The notes under the pieces were generated by a model, which saw nothing but the letters and a program-made list of their open reading frames with translations, did not search any database and was not told the DNA's origin. Shown piece after piece: positions 41,830 to 53,840 of a stretch of 64,000 bases of DNA. A program made the position numbers and the translations under genes. The stretch comes from Escherichia phage UPEC01, in the sequence record MW233709. One strand, written 5' to 3'. The stretch's first letter is position 1. Every line of letters begins with the position of its first letter.

Positions 41830-44800
41830 TTACCTTTACCTGTGTTGGGTCTTTCGTGTCGCGTGGATTACCAATATCATCCTTAAGACGTTGATTAACC
41901 AAATTGCGCCAGTTAGCAAAAGTCACGGCGGACTGGTCAAACAATGGACTGTATTTTTTACGACGTTCAGACGGGAGAGTCCCATGAAAATCTGAAAAAT
42001 CGTTTTCGGCATCATAATCTGCCGGTAATGGGAACGGTAAACCTGCGTTAGGAGCAATATTATATACTGCTTCACCTGTAACAGGGTTATGCTCAATGTT
42101 TCCATCAGCTCCAATAACTGCAATACGGTCACACCATTCTGACGGAATACCCGACGACCAACGATAGTTGTTCAGTTTATTGATAATGGTTTCTGTATGT
42201 TTTAATGACAGACCAGCATTAACAAACATTGTCAATAATGTAATTCCAACAAATCCAAATCCAACCGGATGAACAAATCGCAATACGTCATTACGATAAC
42301 GAGATGTAGGGAGACTTGATTTAATGGTCATTACATAGTAAGAACGATTTCGGTTGATATAATCGATGTTATTGCTAAGTAATTCTTTCCCGCGAACACC
42401 CTGAACAATCATGCCTTCAAAGGAAGTCCTTTCGGATTTAATTTCTTGCCCAACAATAAAGCGACCAAGCAAGTTATGAATCGTGATACGCCATCTCAAT
42501 TTACCCTGTTTGTAGTCACGCTCCATATAGGTAACGTTACTGCGGCCAGTTGGTGTGTAAATTGTTTGTCCAACAATATCTTCGCTGATATTATCAGATT
42601 CGACGATTATGTCATACTCGGTTCCGTTCTTGGATTCAATATCGATTTCAACGTCTTCATTATATAACAATTTGAATAAAAACTTATAGGATGCTTCAGT
42701 CCCCTTGGTTGCCCAAAAATCAGACTGTCTTGCTTCAAAGAAACGAACTACTTCGTCACGCTTGGTCTTTGACAAATATATATTTCTTTTGTACATTTCA
42801 CTCCAAAGGTATTCCCATGCATCTTCCTCGCGTGGGTACTGGTTGCGAATCAAGTTCAAAAGGTTGTTATAATATGTGCCAGAGCCATCACTGATAAACT
42901 GCAAATAATATTCACAGAATTTTTCGAAGTTGCTATCCTGGAGCAAATAACTATCCGGAACCATCTTTGTTAAAAGAGGACGCAAGTCCGGGTCTTTCTC
43001 TTGTTCATCATTATCCGGGGTCCATGGAATATCATGTTCCTGGTTCTGTAATTCTGCAGTGAACATAACTTCTTTCGGTTTCCAGATTAATCTAACTTCA
43101 TCACGCATACGATAGTCAAATTCAAAATAACCAATAAGCTCACCAGTATTTTTATGTAACATAATACCCGAGGCATATTTTTTAAAGCCATTGAATTCGA
43201 TGTTAGGAGAAGTAACTTTTACTTGACCTTTATTCCAGTATTCGTGTACAATACGTTCAGGGGATGAACCACCAAAGGTATCGATAATCTTTTGATACAG
43301 CATGTCATTATATACAACCAGAGCTCTGTCTGATGTGGTAATCCAACAACGAGTATCATCACGGCGAGACCAGTTAAAGAACGGTTCAGCGTAATATGAC
43401 ATACGTCCAGGTTTAAACTCTTCCCAACCTGAATCTTTATTCGACCTAAAACTCATCATCAAATAATGCTTGTCATGTATCCATTGTTCATCATACACAT
43501 ATTTGACTGCTTCGTTAACTTCTTCAGGATACTTAGCGGGGAGTTCGGTATCTGGCTCAATGGAATAACGGAAGTTACTTGAACTGATAAAAAGTTCAAT
43601 TCCATCAGTTGACATGCTTGTGTAACCATGTTCAATACGGCGACGTTCATCCTCTGTATTACCAAAAACTCGTGTCCATGTATCGGTATCGGTATTTAAT
43701 TTATAAACGCCCTTTGATAATGAATCGACAACGTTTTCAGGCTTAGTCGGGTCTTGGCGTTCTTCCTTTACTTCACCCGTGATTAATGCAAACACTTCAC
43801 CGTCAATTGAATCCATCTTGTAACAAACAGCTTTTGGGTTGCCGCTTATTGTGCTATATCCAGCTTCAAATAATTTTTCACCGAATGTTGGAGAGTTAGG
43901 GTCATTATCAATTGGAGCATCAGAGGATTTAGCTTTGTATACACGGTCGCGGCCAGCAACGTAAATCATGGAATCGGTCGTAGTAATTGCTTCGGCAATT
44001 GTTGAGATATATGCCGGGAGTCTTGCGTATGTGCCAAATATTTCAATATCAAATCCGAGATTGATATCCGAACCAATTTTTGCAAATGTTATATCCTGGG
44101 AACTGAATCGAACATCATCAGCAGACCATCTTATGTCACTTGATTTGCGACCGTAAAAAATTCGGTCATACCCGAGTACGTAAGTTGTCGTATCTGATTG
44201 ATAATAAATTGTGCGCGATACCGGGTTACCGATACGGTCATTAAACAATTTTACATAATACCAGTTCTGCCCTTTATCATTGGAGACTTTGACAGTTGTC
44301 TGGAATCGTTCAAACAAATACAGTACACCACCGAGTTCAGCAATCATCGTACGATTAACATCGTTACACACTGGCTGAATACTGCCCTGAATTTCGTGAT
44401 ATTGGTCTTCTTTTAATACATAGTTTGAAATTGAAGACAAATGAGAATAAGCAGGAGTAAAGCTAAAATCTTCGGACATCAACGATGCCATAATTGCATC
44501 ATTATTAAAGTTGATATAGGCCTGGTTATTGTTTGTGAATTTTTCTTCGATGAATTTATTTGTTAATGTAAACTCACGCATGTGTTCAAATGTGTATGCG
44601 TTAGTTGCAAAGGTTTCAAATTCTTCGGTATAAACCCAATCAGATTGTTCAAAACCCATTGCTGCAACAGCAACACGCATTTTGTAAAATGATACTGGAC
44701 GAATAAAATCTTGTTCGAACCATTCATTGTCTGGAGTATAACCTAAATTCCTCCATAACAGATTTTCTTCTGGAATAGCAACACCATTTTCTTTTGTCGG

Positions 44801-44917
44801 AGCAATCTCAACAAAATAATAAAAGTTGGCGCCAACATTATCCCATTTTATGCTAACCTGGTTAGCAGATAGTTTATCAATCCGTAAGCTGGTTACATAA
44901 GGGGCTTTAACACTCAT
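41822..44917 (-). CDS. 7: baseplate wedge initiator gp7
   Basis: Start at ATG 44917 gives 1031 aa (T4 1032 aa); MSVKAPYVTSLRIDKLSANQV..., C-terminal GNPRDTKDPTQVKVNE; the longer track ORF would overlap gene 6. Confidence 0.9.
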   Translation of the reverse strand: MSVKAPYVTSLRIDKLSANQVSIKWDNVGANFYYFVEIAPTKENGVAIPEENLLWRNLGYTPDNEWFEQDFIRPVSFYKMRVAVAAMGFEQSDWVYTEEFETFATNAYTFEHMREFTLTNKFIEEKFTNNNQAYINFNNDAIMASLMSEDFSFTPAYSHLSSISNYVLKEDQYHEIQGSIQPVCNDVNRTMIAELGGVLYLFERFQTTVKVSNDKGQNWYYVKLFNDRIGNPVSRTIYYQSDTTTYVLGYDRIFYGRKSSDIRWSADDVRFSSQDITFAKIGSDINLGFDIEIFGTYARLPAYISTIAEAITTTDSMIYVAGRDRVYKAKSSDAPIDNDPNSPTFGEKLFEAGYSTISGNPKAVCYKMDSIDGEVFALITGEVKEERQDPTKPENVVDSLSKGVYKLNTDTDTWTRVFGNTEDERRRIEHGYTSMSTDGIELFISSSNFRYSIEPDTELPAKYPEEVNEAVKYVYDEQWIHDKHYLMMSFRSNKDSGWEEFKPGRMSYYAEPFFNWSRRDDTRCWITTSDRALVVYNDMLYQKIIDTFGGSSPERIVHEYWNKGQVKVTSPNIEFNGFKKYASGIMLHKNTGELIGYFEFDYRMRDEVRLIWKPKEVMFTAELQNQEHDIPWTPDNDEQEKDPDLRPLLTKMVPDSYLLQDSNFEKFCEYYLQFISDGSGTYYNNLLNLIRNQYPREEDAWEYLWSEMYKRNIYLSKTKRDEVVRFFEARQSDFWATKGTEASYKFLFKLLYNEDVEIDIESKNGTEYDIIVESDNISEDIVGQTIYTPTGRSNVTYMERDYKQGKLRWRITIHNLLGRFIVGQEIKSERTSFEGMIVQGVRGKELLSNNIDYINRNRSYYVMTIKSSLPTSRYRNDVLRFVHPVGFGFVGITLLTMFVNAGLSLKHTETIINKLNNYRWSSGIPSEWCDRIAVIGADGNIEHNPVTGEAVYNIAPNAGLPFPLPADYDAENDFSDFHGTLPSERRKKYSPLFDQSAVTFANWRNLVNQRLKDDIGNPRDTKDPTQVKVNE

Positions 44918-44948
44918 CATGGTTTCCTTAAAAAGCCTCCGAAGAGGC

Positions 44949-46895
44949 TTATAGTGTAATTGGTTCAAGGTCAATCTTTGTATATTGCGGACGAAGGTCA
45001 TTCTCAAATACAATCAGTGAACCATCTTGCGTGTATATATTATCTTGGTTAGGACTTGCATAAAGTTCGATTGATTGAACTTCAAAGCGCTCGGAGGTTA
45101 ATCCAATCGCGGCGATATCCCAAAAAATATAATCAGAGTAATAGTCAATTTCGCCAATTGCGTAATAAACTGTTTGGTCAGCCGGAGCTTCCATTTTATT
45201 AAAGTCATCTTGTAGGTAAGGCTGGATGTTTACGTTTTCAATAACATCGCCTGGACGGAATGGACCAATTACCATTTTACCATCACCACGAGAATCTTTA
45301 TCAGTTGCAACAATGCGAACGTTATAGGCTTCACCCGTGGTCGGAACAAATTCAAATTCACTTGATTCGACTGAACGGTTGCCATACTGGTTATAGTATT
45401 TAATGCCGGATTCTGGAGTCTTAAAGAAGTTCAGGACTTCACGCACCATCGAAATGGTTGCAGATGAACCAAGAATACTATGGTCAGTATTATCCACATA
45501 CGTAAGCATTTTTGACTTAGCAAAACTTCTGTTAAAGATTTCAACTTCATCGATATAATAACGGTCAATCTGATTAATGATTTGTGCTTGCAACCATTGT
45601 TCAGATTCTTGTAATTTGTTCAGCGCATAAGATACTTTGATATTATGTTTAAGGAACAAATAATCCGGAGAAATTACCGATGGTGTAATTGTTGATACGT
45701 TGAACTCACTAAGGTAGTTCTGGATGTCCTCACGCTGCACTGCAGTGAGATACAAGCCCGATTTAGGCTTAACTGATATAAACGCATACCCAGGCTTATT
45801 TGCGTCTGTAAACGTCTGTACGGCTTGCACGATTGAACCAAATCTTTCAGATACGAAGGTATCATAATCTGTTCCGGTGACAGCACGCATCTGCGCTTCA
45901 CGTTTAACAACAGCCAGTTCACGGATACGTTCGATATCTTCTGGGTCACCCCCGCCATCGGCACCGACATAATCAGGGTCGTCATTGTAGTTTTCAGTAA
46001 TTTTATCCACTGTGATATATGACAAAGTATCGGCATAACTGAAATCAACAGCACCGTTTGCATCTGCCCCTGAGGTACGAAGATATTCAATAACAATTGT
46101 CGAATCTTGCACCGGTTTGAGACCACCAATATAGTTGGCTTCCATAACGCCGCCGGCTACAGATTTGGTGGATTCACCTTCACCGAAGAAAAATTCAGTA
46201 TAGCCATCGATTGTTTCACGCATATAAAATATGGTGGAAGTCGAACCAGCATGGACCATTGATTTGTTCGTCCAGTCAACCCACTCAACACCGTTCACAT
46301 ATAACTTAACTTCTTTGCGGTCGATATCCGGGTCGCGAATAAGAATAGGTTGTTTCGGGTCATATAAAAGTTCTGTACGAATAATACGGCCCTGGGCTAG
46401 AGATACAATCGGAAGGTATTGGTTGTTAATATCTTTAACTGCAATAACGTTTTCCGTGGTAACAAAAACATAAGGGTCAGCTGATGTATCACGAGCATAT
46501 GCCAGGAATTTAGTTCCTCGTGGGATTTCAATATTCGATGGTTGCAGAGCATGAGAACATGTCAACATAACCGAAGTCTTTGCGGCCGAACGTGAAGATG
46601 GAAGATATCCATTATCCTGTGCTGCCTGAACAACCGAAGACCTTAAGTTTGCAGTTCCGATAAATGATTCATAAACTGCTGTATTAGCAAACTGCTGCAT
46701 ATAAAGTGTATTATACGCAAGCATGTCAATCAGGATATTCATTCGCGAACCTACGAAATCATAATCCTTAAATTCATCCTGGCTTGATAACCAGTCGATG
46801 ATATTCTTTTTAATTTCTTCAAACGTAGCTCCCACAAATACTTTTGGGATAGCGTTAACGGTTCTTGTTAATTGGTAATTCGTAGGAGTAGCCAT
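44949..46895 (-). CDS. 6: baseplate wedge subunit gp6
   Basis: 648 aa (T4 660 aa); conserved position. Confidence 0.88.
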   Translation of the reverse strand: MATPTNYQLTRTVNAIPKVFVGATFEEIKKNIIDWLSSQDEFKDYDFVGSRMNILIDMLAYNTLYMQQFANTAVYESFIGTANLRSSVVQAAQDNGYLPSSRSAAKTSVMLTCSHALQPSNIEIPRGTKFLAYARDTSADPYVFVTTENVIAVKDINNQYLPIVSLAQGRIIRTELLYDPKQPILIRDPDIDRKEVKLYVNGVEWVDWTNKSMVHAGSTSTIFYMRETIDGYTEFFFGEGESTKSVAGGVMEANYIGGLKPVQDSTIVIEYLRTSGADANGAVDFSYADTLSYITVDKITENYNDDPDYVGADGGGDPEDIERIRELAVVKREAQMRAVTGTDYDTFVSERFGSIVQAVQTFTDANKPGYAFISVKPKSGLYLTAVQREDIQNYLSEFNVSTITPSVISPDYLFLKHNIKVSYALNKLQESEQWLQAQIINQIDRYYIDEVEIFNRSFAKSKMLTYVDNTDHSILGSSATISMVREVLNFFKTPESGIKYYNQYGNRSVESSEFEFVPTTGEAYNVRIVATDKDSRGDGKMVIGPFRPGDVIENVNIQPYLQDDFNKMEAPADQTVYYAIGEIDYYSDYIFWDIAAIGLTSERFEVQSIELYASPNQDNIYTQDGSLIVFENDLRPQYTKIDLEPITL

Positions 46896-46903
46896 TTTAT
46901 TTC

Positions 46904-47197
46904 CTATTTTATAAAGACTTTTGATGAGGCTTGAGCCACAGTATCACCACATGAAATCGGGTCTGCCATTTGAACAGCTTTCTTACCGGTAACAAATACT
47001 TTTGATGTGCGCGGTTGTGTTACTCCACCGTGAGTTTCATATGGTTTTTTAATTTCGGTATGCTCGGTAATAGGGTCTCCGGCAACTAACACCGGAATTC
47101 CCCCGGTGAATACTTTACCTTGAGTTGCATTAATTACAGTCGGTGGCCATGCTTCGTGGCCTGCTGTAACACATTGATTGAAACTTAATCCAGCCAT
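46904..47197 (-). CDS. 5.4: baseplate spike tip, PAAR-repeat protein gp5.4
   Basis: 97 aa, same as T4 gp5.4; Gly/Pro/His-rich PAAR-like sequence ...[17 protein letters not shown].... Confidence 0.85.
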   Translation of the reverse strand: MAGLSFNQCVTAGHEAWPPTVINATQGKVFTGGIPVLVAGDPITEHTEIKKPYETHGGVTQPRTSKVFVTGKKAVQMADPISCGDTVAQASSKVFIK

Positions 47198-47718
47198 TAA
47201 TCCCTCGCGTATACGTATGAACGCAATTTATCTGCCCATCTTGACCAGTTACCAACGATAGTTTTTGTGTAAACTTTTGTCATTGTCTTTCTTACTGGAG
47301 CAGGAGGTGGGTCGGTCTCATTACCTGCACGGCTATTACTGCCGCCAGAGCTCCCTGTGTCTCCACCAGAGCTCTCTTCTTGAAAGTCATAGGTTAGGGT
47401 TACCGTGTATGAAAAGACCTTCTGGAGGCTCGCTGGGGCCCTCCAGAGATACAATTGAGTACTCTTATCGGTAGGAAGGTCTTCCCATGAACCGGCAGTT
47501 TTGAATTCATCATTAAGCCGATATTTAAGTGCATCATCTGCGAATCCGAACACGGATTCATAAACACCATAAAGATGATTACCCTCAACATTAACGCCAG
47601 GGGTGGCCTCATATTCAGTTATATTTATTTCGACTAATGTTTCGTTTGTTTCTAATTGAGCTGTAAACGTAACATCGATTGAGGCTCCTTCCATGGAGTC
47701 TCCTAGGTCAGTGCTCAT
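47197..47718 (-). CDS. hypothetical protein in the gene 5.1 position (start uncertain; alternative 47778)
   Basis: Only ORF between gene 5 and 5.4; start 47718 avoids overlap with gene 5; no recognisable motif. Confidence 0.5.
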   Translation of the reverse strand: MSTDLGDSMEGASIDVTFTAQLETNETLVEINITEYEATPGVNVEGNHLYGVYESVFGFADDALKYRLNDEFKTAGSWEDLPTDKSTQLYLWRAPASLQKVFSYTVTLTYDFQEESSGGDTGSSGGSNSRAGNETDPPPAPVRKTMTKVYTKTIVGNWSRWADKLRSYVYARD

Positions 47719-47728
47719 TGGAAGTATA

Positions 47729-49471
47729 TTAGCCAATGTCAATCCTCGAACCATCAATAGTATATTGACCAGATGCAATAGAACTCATTGTTGACATTGT
47801 TTCGGACCAATTGCCAGCCACGGTCATATCAACGTTTCCATTAACGGACCATTTGACATTACCATTTACCGTATAATCATGGTTACCTTCGACAAGAGTT
47901 TTTGCGTCACCTTTAACAGTTATTTCAGCATTACCTTCGACCAGAATACTTACATTACCTTTGACGATAATTGTACCGTCACCTTCGATAGTTTTGGTTT
48001 CATTCCCACGAATATGAATGCTTTCGTTTCCATCGGTCTGACGACGAACGTTAGCCATATTATAATAGGTTTCATCACCACCAACGTTGACTTTATTATT
48101 ACCACCAACGTAAGTACTCGAATCGCCCTGGGTCATATAATAACCATCAGCTACTGTCTTCGAAGTCTTACGACCATCTGGTGCAACTTCCTCATAGGAA
48201 CCGGTTGGATGAATCAGTCGATAACGTTCTTGTCCAGGGGTATTATCGAATTCCTGAATATGACCGCCTTCAGTTTGCATTGTCTGCACGTAAGGATATT
48301 CGCCCTTGTAACTTGATTCTGGCTCTTTAAATAGAATCCTTGTATCTTCTGGGGTCCACGGGTCGGCTGGGTCAGAATTTGCAGGGGCTGCAAAGGTTTG
48401 AATCATCCTATATGAACGCCCTTTAAATGACCTTTCTTTAGGGGCCATAATACCATATGATTCCATATTACCGGTAAGGATAATCATTGATACCCTTGAT
48501 GCACGTCCTTTAGTTTGGTTAAACCATACTGAATTACGAGCTTCCTCAAATGCCTTTTTATAATCACCTACTAACATTGCGCTAAGCATACCACGGAATT
48601 TAGCCAATCCACCCAATCCCATTTGGAAAGCCATGTTTTCAAGAGCCATTTGTCTCGAACGGTTTTCTTTATTGTAAACTGGACCCACAACACTATGCCG
48701 GCCTATATCGTTTTGGACTTTTTTAAGGTCTTCTTGGAATAATTTAGAGGCCTCGTCCATTGATATTGCACCAGGGTTGCCTTTAACTTCACGGCCTATT
48801 TGATTAGATAATATTTTGTTTATTTGATTCATATCTCTAATAGGTTGTGGCGTAATTAAGTGTCCTATACCTATAGTAGGATAACCTTCGGTGTCCCAAT
48901 ATACTTTCAAACGAAGACCTTCATCACGGTGAAGCATATTTTCAATTGTGAAATTAGGATTATCATCTGGCTTAACTTGACTCAAATCAAGGCCATCGGG
49001 GTTAATACCAAGGTCAAGGTTTGCATCCTGAATTACGTTCGAAGTTGCATCGTAACCGACCTCACCGCCTCGGTTGAGCGCAGCAGCATCATTACCTACA
49101 TAAAGTGGATATTGTCCTGTGGGGTCAGAGAAGCCTTCGTTGGGATTTGCTTTTTGTCTTGAGGCTGAACCATACGTACCAATAACAAGTCCGTTGAGTT
49201 TCCACTTGTCTAAAAAGTGACCATATACCTGAGTCCCTGGCACCATACCAGTCATTGCAGTTTGAATACCAGAAACTGATGCAGATGATGTTGGCATCAG
49301 TACAGACATCCATGGCAGGTCTTCAGTTCTGATACCTTTTACAGGTCCTTGCGATTTCTCATATGGATGCATACCCCATACACGGACACGGACTCGACCT
49401 TGTTGAAGTGGGTCCATTCGGTCTTCGACAACACCGACGAACCAACTTACATTATCTGACATATTAATCAT
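47729..49471 (-). CDS. 5: baseplate hub + tail lysozyme gp5 (cell-puncturing device)
   Basis: 580 aa; MINMSDNVSWFVGVVEDRMDP..GRVRVRV.G.HP; lysozyme segment HRDEGLRLKVYWDTEGYPTIGIGHLI; C-terminal VxGN beta-helix repeats. Confidence 0.93.
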   Translation of the reverse strand: MINMSDNVSWFVGVVEDRMDPLQQGRVRVRVWGMHPYEKSQGPVKGIRTEDLPWMSVLMPTSSASVSGIQTAMTGMVPGTQVYGHFLDKWKLNGLVIGTYGSASRQKANPNEGFSDPTGQYPLYVGNDAAALNRGGEVGYDATSNVIQDANLDLGINPDGLDLSQVKPDDNPNFTIENMLHRDEGLRLKVYWDTEGYPTIGIGHLITPQPIRDMNQINKILSNQIGREVKGNPGAISMDEASKLFQEDLKKVQNDIGRHSVVGPVYNKENRSRQMALENMAFQMGLGGLAKFRGMLSAMLVGDYKKAFEEARNSVWFNQTKGRASRVSMIILTGNMESYGIMAPKERSFKGRSYRMIQTFAAPANSDPADPWTPEDTRILFKEPESSYKGEYPYVQTMQTEGGHIQEFDNTPGQERYRLIHPTGSYEEVAPDGRKTSKTVADGYYMTQGDSSTYVGGNNKVNVGGDETYYNMANVRRQTDGNESIHIRGNETKTIEGDGTIIVKGNVSILVEGNAEITVKGDAKTLVEGNHDYTVNGNVKWSVNGNVDMTVAGNWSETMSTMSSIASGQYTIDGSRIDIG

Positions 49472-50070
49472 AATGACTTCTCCATCTCACGGATTAATGC
49501 CGAAATAAATGATTCGATATCATTAGGGTCGATTATCTTTATTTCTCGTTTATATTCATTTTTGCGAATAGCGTCTTCATAGATATCTACTGCAGCTAAT
49601 GGACCTTCATATTGTGGGTACAATTTATTCTTATCACCTTTATCATACCAGGTGTACGGATTATCAGGATAAGAAACAAGATTCCAGAATTTTTCACCAT
49701 CTTCATTTACATGATAAAGAACCTGATTACCACCTATATTCGAATAGCGTTGAATTGATGCCTGATACGATGATTCTTGTGAACATATCCAACCATAATA
49801 AGGGTCATAGATATTATTAAGCATAAGGAGAACCCAATAGAGTTGCGTGTTTCCATAGAGCTGGTATGCAAGTTCTTCAGGTCTCGGAGCTCCGGCGATG
49901 TAATGCGTTTTCGGTGTATAATTAACCGCAACCTTATCAAAATAGGCACGATAGTTTCTGAAGATGTCAGTCATCGGGATGCTTAAGACGTCTTCTTTCG
50001 TTAATGATGCCGAGTTTTTTCTGATTGTTTTAGCATCATAATCAATTGGGTTAAAAAATGAAAAAAGCAT
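49468..50070 (-). CDS. 53: baseplate wedge subunit gp53
   Basis: Start at ATG 50070: MLFSFFNPIDYDAKT...IPMTDIFRNY...YWVLLM...YDPYYGW matches T4 gp53 (196 aa). Confidence 0.88.
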   Translation of the reverse strand: MLFSFFNPIDYDAKTIRKNSASLTKEDVLSIPMTDIFRNYRAYFDKVAVNYTPKTHYIAGAPRPEELAYQLYGNTQLYWVLLMLNNIYDPYYGWICSQESSYQASIQRYSNIGGNQVLYHVNEDGEKFWNLVSYPDNPYTWYDKGDKNKLYPQYEGPLAAVDIYEDAIRKNEYKREIKIIDPNDIESFISALIREMEKSL

Positions 50071-50082
50071 AAAGCCTCCATT

Positions 50083-50090
50083 TATAAATA
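50083..50090 (+). promoter_or_regulatory. late promoter TATAAATA (gene 4)
   Basis: Octamer 28 nt upstream of gp4 ATG. Confidence 0.7.
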
Positions 50091-50118
50091 AGTATATCAA
50101 TATTTATTAGGAGGCTAT

Positions 50119-50568
50119 ATGGCATACTCCGGGAAATTTAAGCCCACCAATATAGAAAAATATAAGGGCGACTGGAAGAAAATACAATACCGGTCAAGTT
50201 GGGAGGCTTGGCTGATGAGATGGCTCGACAACCATCCGAACGTTGTTCAATGGGGTTCTGAGACTGTGATTATTCCATACTTCTGCAACGCGGAAGGGAA
50301 AAAGCGCAGATATTATATGGATTTCTGGGTTAAGTTCGATACGGGGCAACAGTTCTTTTTCGAAGTTAAACCATTAAAAGAAACAAGACCCCCAACCAAA
50401 CCGGCCAATAATACCACTGCGAGTAAAAAGAGATTTATTAATGAGATGTACACCTGGAGCGTTAACTCTGACAAATGGAAAGCTGCGCAAGCTACCGCGG
50501 ATAAGATGGGTATAACGTTCAGGATAATCACTGAAAACTCACTGAAAAAATTAGGATGGAAAGGATGA
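50119..50568 (+). CDS. 4: head completion protein gp4
   Basis: 149 aa; [28 protein letters not shown]...[18 protein letters not shown] matches T4 gp4 (150 aa); late promoter 28 nt upstream. Confidence 0.88.
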   Translation: MAYSGKFKPTNIEKYKGDWKKIQYRSSWEAWLMRWLDNHPNVVQWGSETVIIPYFCNAEGKKRRYYMDFWVKFDTGQQFFFEVKPLKETRPPTKPANNTTASKKRFINEMYTWSVNSDKWKAAQATADKMGITFRIITENSLKKLGWKG

Positions 50569-51389
50569 GTATTTTTACATTTATCAATGAATCTGCAGAT
50601 AAACCAGGTCCGAAACCCAGTAAATCAGAACAACAATGGGTTGAAATAGGGGTTGAATTTTATACAGCAAAAGAAAAGGGAATGACCTCGAAGAAGTTTG
50701 CTGAAGAGAAAGGAATCAACTATTCGACCTTTACCAAAAGCATGTCGAGATATCATTCGAGAATTCAGACTGCTTATAAAGTATCCAAGCTCAAAAAGAA
50801 ACCCGCCGGTAAACTTACGAAGGCTGAACGTCAGCTGATAATGGTGAATAGCTTTAGAAAGAGCATAAGAGATAAGATTGCTAACGAAGGCGCTGCAAGC
50901 AACACCAAATCTGCCAGATGGTTCGCTGAGACAATTAAGAAATCAGTTCGTGGTCACGTAACGGCTAAACCTCAACCGGGTAAGATTTATGCTTATATCT
51001 ATGATGCAAAGCATAAGGATACTCTTCCGTATTGGGACAAATATCCGTTAATCATTTATCTTGGGCTAGGTAAGCACAATTTGATGTATGGTTTGAACTT
51101 GCACTATATTCCACCGAAGGCACGTCAAGAGTTCCTTGAGGAACTTCTTAAGCAATATGCTAATACTCCTACGATTACGAACAAGACTCATCTGAAGATT
51201 GATTGGTCAAAGGTGAAGGGATTTAAAGGGGCTGACCAGATGATTAAAGCATATATACCTGGCAATATAAAAGGTACTATTACTGAAATCAAGCCCAGCG
51301 ACTGGGCAAACGTTGTTATGCTTCCGTTGCAACAATTTATGTCGAAAGGCAAAAGATTCTCTTCCCAGAAAGTATGGAGAAATTCATAA
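50556..51389 (+). CDS. 2: DNA end protector protein gp2
   Basis: 277 aa (T4 gp2 274 aa); conserved order 4-2-3-1. Confidence 0.85.
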   Translation: MERMSIFTFINESADKPGPKPSKSEQQWVEIGVEFYTAKEKGMTSKKFAEEKGINYSTFTKSMSRYHSRIQTAYKVSKLKKKPAGKLTKAERQLIMVNSFRKSIRDKIANEGAASNTKSARWFAETIKKSVRGHVTAKPQPGKIYAYIYDAKHKDTLPYWDKYPLIIYLGLGKHNLMYGLNLHYIPPKARQEFLEELLKQYANTPTITNKTHLKIDWSKVKGFKGADQMIKAYIPGNIKGTITEIKPSDWANVVMLPLQQFMSKGKRFSSQKVWRNS

Positions 51390-51424
51390 TCTATTATCGG
51401 TCAGTGTTATTGGTAAGGACAAAA

Positions 51425-51463
51425 GGTCTAGAACCATTATAACACTGATTGTTTTAAAGCAAA
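51425..51463 (-). promoter_or_regulatory. MotA-box middle-promoter copy with GGTTCTAGACC box, on minus strand between genes 2 and 3 (antisense to gene 2)
   Basis: Minus strand reads TTTGCTTTA, 13-nt spacer, TATAAT, GGTTCTAGACC. Confidence 0.5.
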
Positions 51464-51474
51464 CAAGGTGCACT

Positions 51475-52074
51475 ATGTCAGGTTTATATAATCAAACTAA
51501 CACGACTAACTTTATATTAGAGGTGAGCGATTCAAACCTCACACAGACCTTTAAACTCAACGTTCAAGACGTTACCCTCCCAGGAGTTCACATTCCTGTG
51601 ACGGATGTTCCTGGCGGAACACAAGGTATAAATCGCTCCAGTCTTCCTGGTAGTACAATAGAATTCGACCCGCTGATTGTTAACTTTCTGTGTGACAAAG
51701 ACCTAAGAGCGTGGCTTGACATCTATAAATGGATGCTCTCGCTCAACAACTACATCACACACGAATCAAAAGCATGGCATCCGAAGGGTCGTCCCGAAGC
51801 GGTCACGCTTCATATCTTAGATAATAACAAGGACAAAATTGTCATGTCAATCCATTACTATGGTGCATGGCCGTCCGACCTGTCAGAGATTCAGTATTCA
51901 TATAAAGAAGATTCTGACCCGGCTATCAATGCAACAGCAACTTTTAACTTTAAGTCTTTTGCTGTAGAAATTGATGGTATAATAATAGAAGGTAGACCAC
52001 AGATTGATAGTAATGCAGCAATGCAACAGGAAATCAGGTCTAAGTCAATGCATCCATCTATGAGAAACGTATGA
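51475..52074 (+). CDS. 3: tail completion / sheath stabilizer protein gp3
   Basis: Start at internal ATG 51475 (199 aa; T4 gp3 176 aa); position between 2 and 1. Confidence 0.75.
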   Translation: MSGLYNQTNTTNFILEVSDSNLTQTFKLNVQDVTLPGVHIPVTDVPGGTQGINRSSLPGSTIEFDPLIVNFLCDKDLRAWLDIYKWMLSLNNYITHESKAWHPKGRPEAVTLHILDNNKDKIVMSIHYYGAWPSDLSEIQYSYKEDSDPAINATATFNFKSFAVEIDGIIIEGRPQIDSNAAMQQEIRSKSMHPSMRNV

Positions 52075-52747
52075 AATTAATTGCGATTGTGGGTAAAAAA
52101 CGCAGTGGTAAAGATACGACTGCTGATTATGTTATTAGTCAAAATGGAACAAAGTGGCAGCTTGCAGGTCCGATTAAAGAAGCGCTTTATAACGCGTGGA
52201 TTCGTCAAGACCTGCCACACAATTTGACCCTGGAAAATTTTGATGGACAAGGTTACGACCGTGAAAAAACCTTAATAATGAACAACACCGAAGCTTATAT
52301 TCTTCTGGTTGATGCTCTTGAATGGTTGAAACAACAATACAATCTTGACCTTCCGAATCCGGATATGGTTCGTAAAATTATTGAATTTCACACACTAAAT
52401 AATGTTGAGCCCTGGACAGTTAGACGTTTCATGCAGACCCTTGGAACTGACATTGTTTGTACAGAGTTCGACAGCATGTTTTGGATTAAAACTTTTGCCT
52501 GCGACTATCTTGACAACCTCTATTCTGGATATAAATATTACGTTGTCCCAGATGTTCGCCAAAAGAACGAACTTGATTCGCTTCGGGCGATGGGTGCTAC
52601 AATAATCTTTGTAGAACGCGATGAAGCAAATCATTCTACTGATACACACATTACGGAAGCTGGACTTCCACCACTAGCTAGTGACATTGTTATTAAAAAC
52701 GATGGCACACTCGAAGAACTTTTTGATAAAATTAATAAGGTAATATA

Positions 52748-52748
<1 letters not shown>
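52071..52748 (+). CDS. 1: deoxynucleoside monophosphate kinase gp1
   Basis: 225 aa; P-loop GKKRSGKDT near N-terminus; ATGA coupling with gene 3. Confidence 0.88.
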
Positions 52749-53438
<690 letters not shown>

Positions 53439-53439
<1 letters not shown>

Positions 53440-53478
53440 TGTACAAATGAGTGTAGGTGCAGTATTATGTTCCTACAC
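53439..53478 (+). promoter_or_regulatory. early promoter / stem-loop cassette H (GTGTAC, 18 nt, TATTAT; -10 enclosed by inverted repeat GTGTAGG/CCTACAC)
   Basis: Immediately after 57B stop; same architecture as cassettes at 54422, 54755, 55065 and 58809 but a different stem sequence. Confidence 0.55.
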
Positions 53479-53499
53479 CAATGAACGAACGGAGTTAAA

Positions 53500-53832
53500 A
53501 TGAACATCAAAACTTACAACGAGTTTTTAGCCGAATCCGCCATCAATGAGACCAAATCAATTGATGATAGTGAAGGCTCTCTGAAATTTGGTTTATCCAA
53601 AAATGCAGATGGTGTTTTCTTTCAGATTGGTAATGAACGTTTTCAAACGTCCAAATATTCCAAAGCTGCAGTTGAAGCTGTCCTGAAATCTGGTGGCAAG
53701 TGGAAAGGCAAAGAAGGTACTAAAGAAATTGGTATCGCTGTTGACGGCGGTATGGCTTATTTTAAAATTGGCGATGAACAATTTATTATGTCTGCTCGCG
53801 GACGTAAAGAACTGGCAAAACTTTATAAATAA
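53500..53832 (+). CDS. internal-protein-like gene 1 (capsid-targeting leader MNIKTYNEFLAE)
   Basis: 110 aa; N-terminus matches the T4 IPI/II/III targeting leader MKTYQEFIAE with an LxE cleavage-type motif; first gene after promoter H. Confidence 0.6.
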   Translation: MNIKTYNEFLAESAINETKSIDDSEGSLKFGLSKNADGVFFQIGNERFQTSKYSKAAVEAVLKSGGKWKGKEGTKEIGIAVDGGMAYFKIGDEQFIMSARGRKELAKLYK

Positions 53833-53840
53833 GGTTTCTT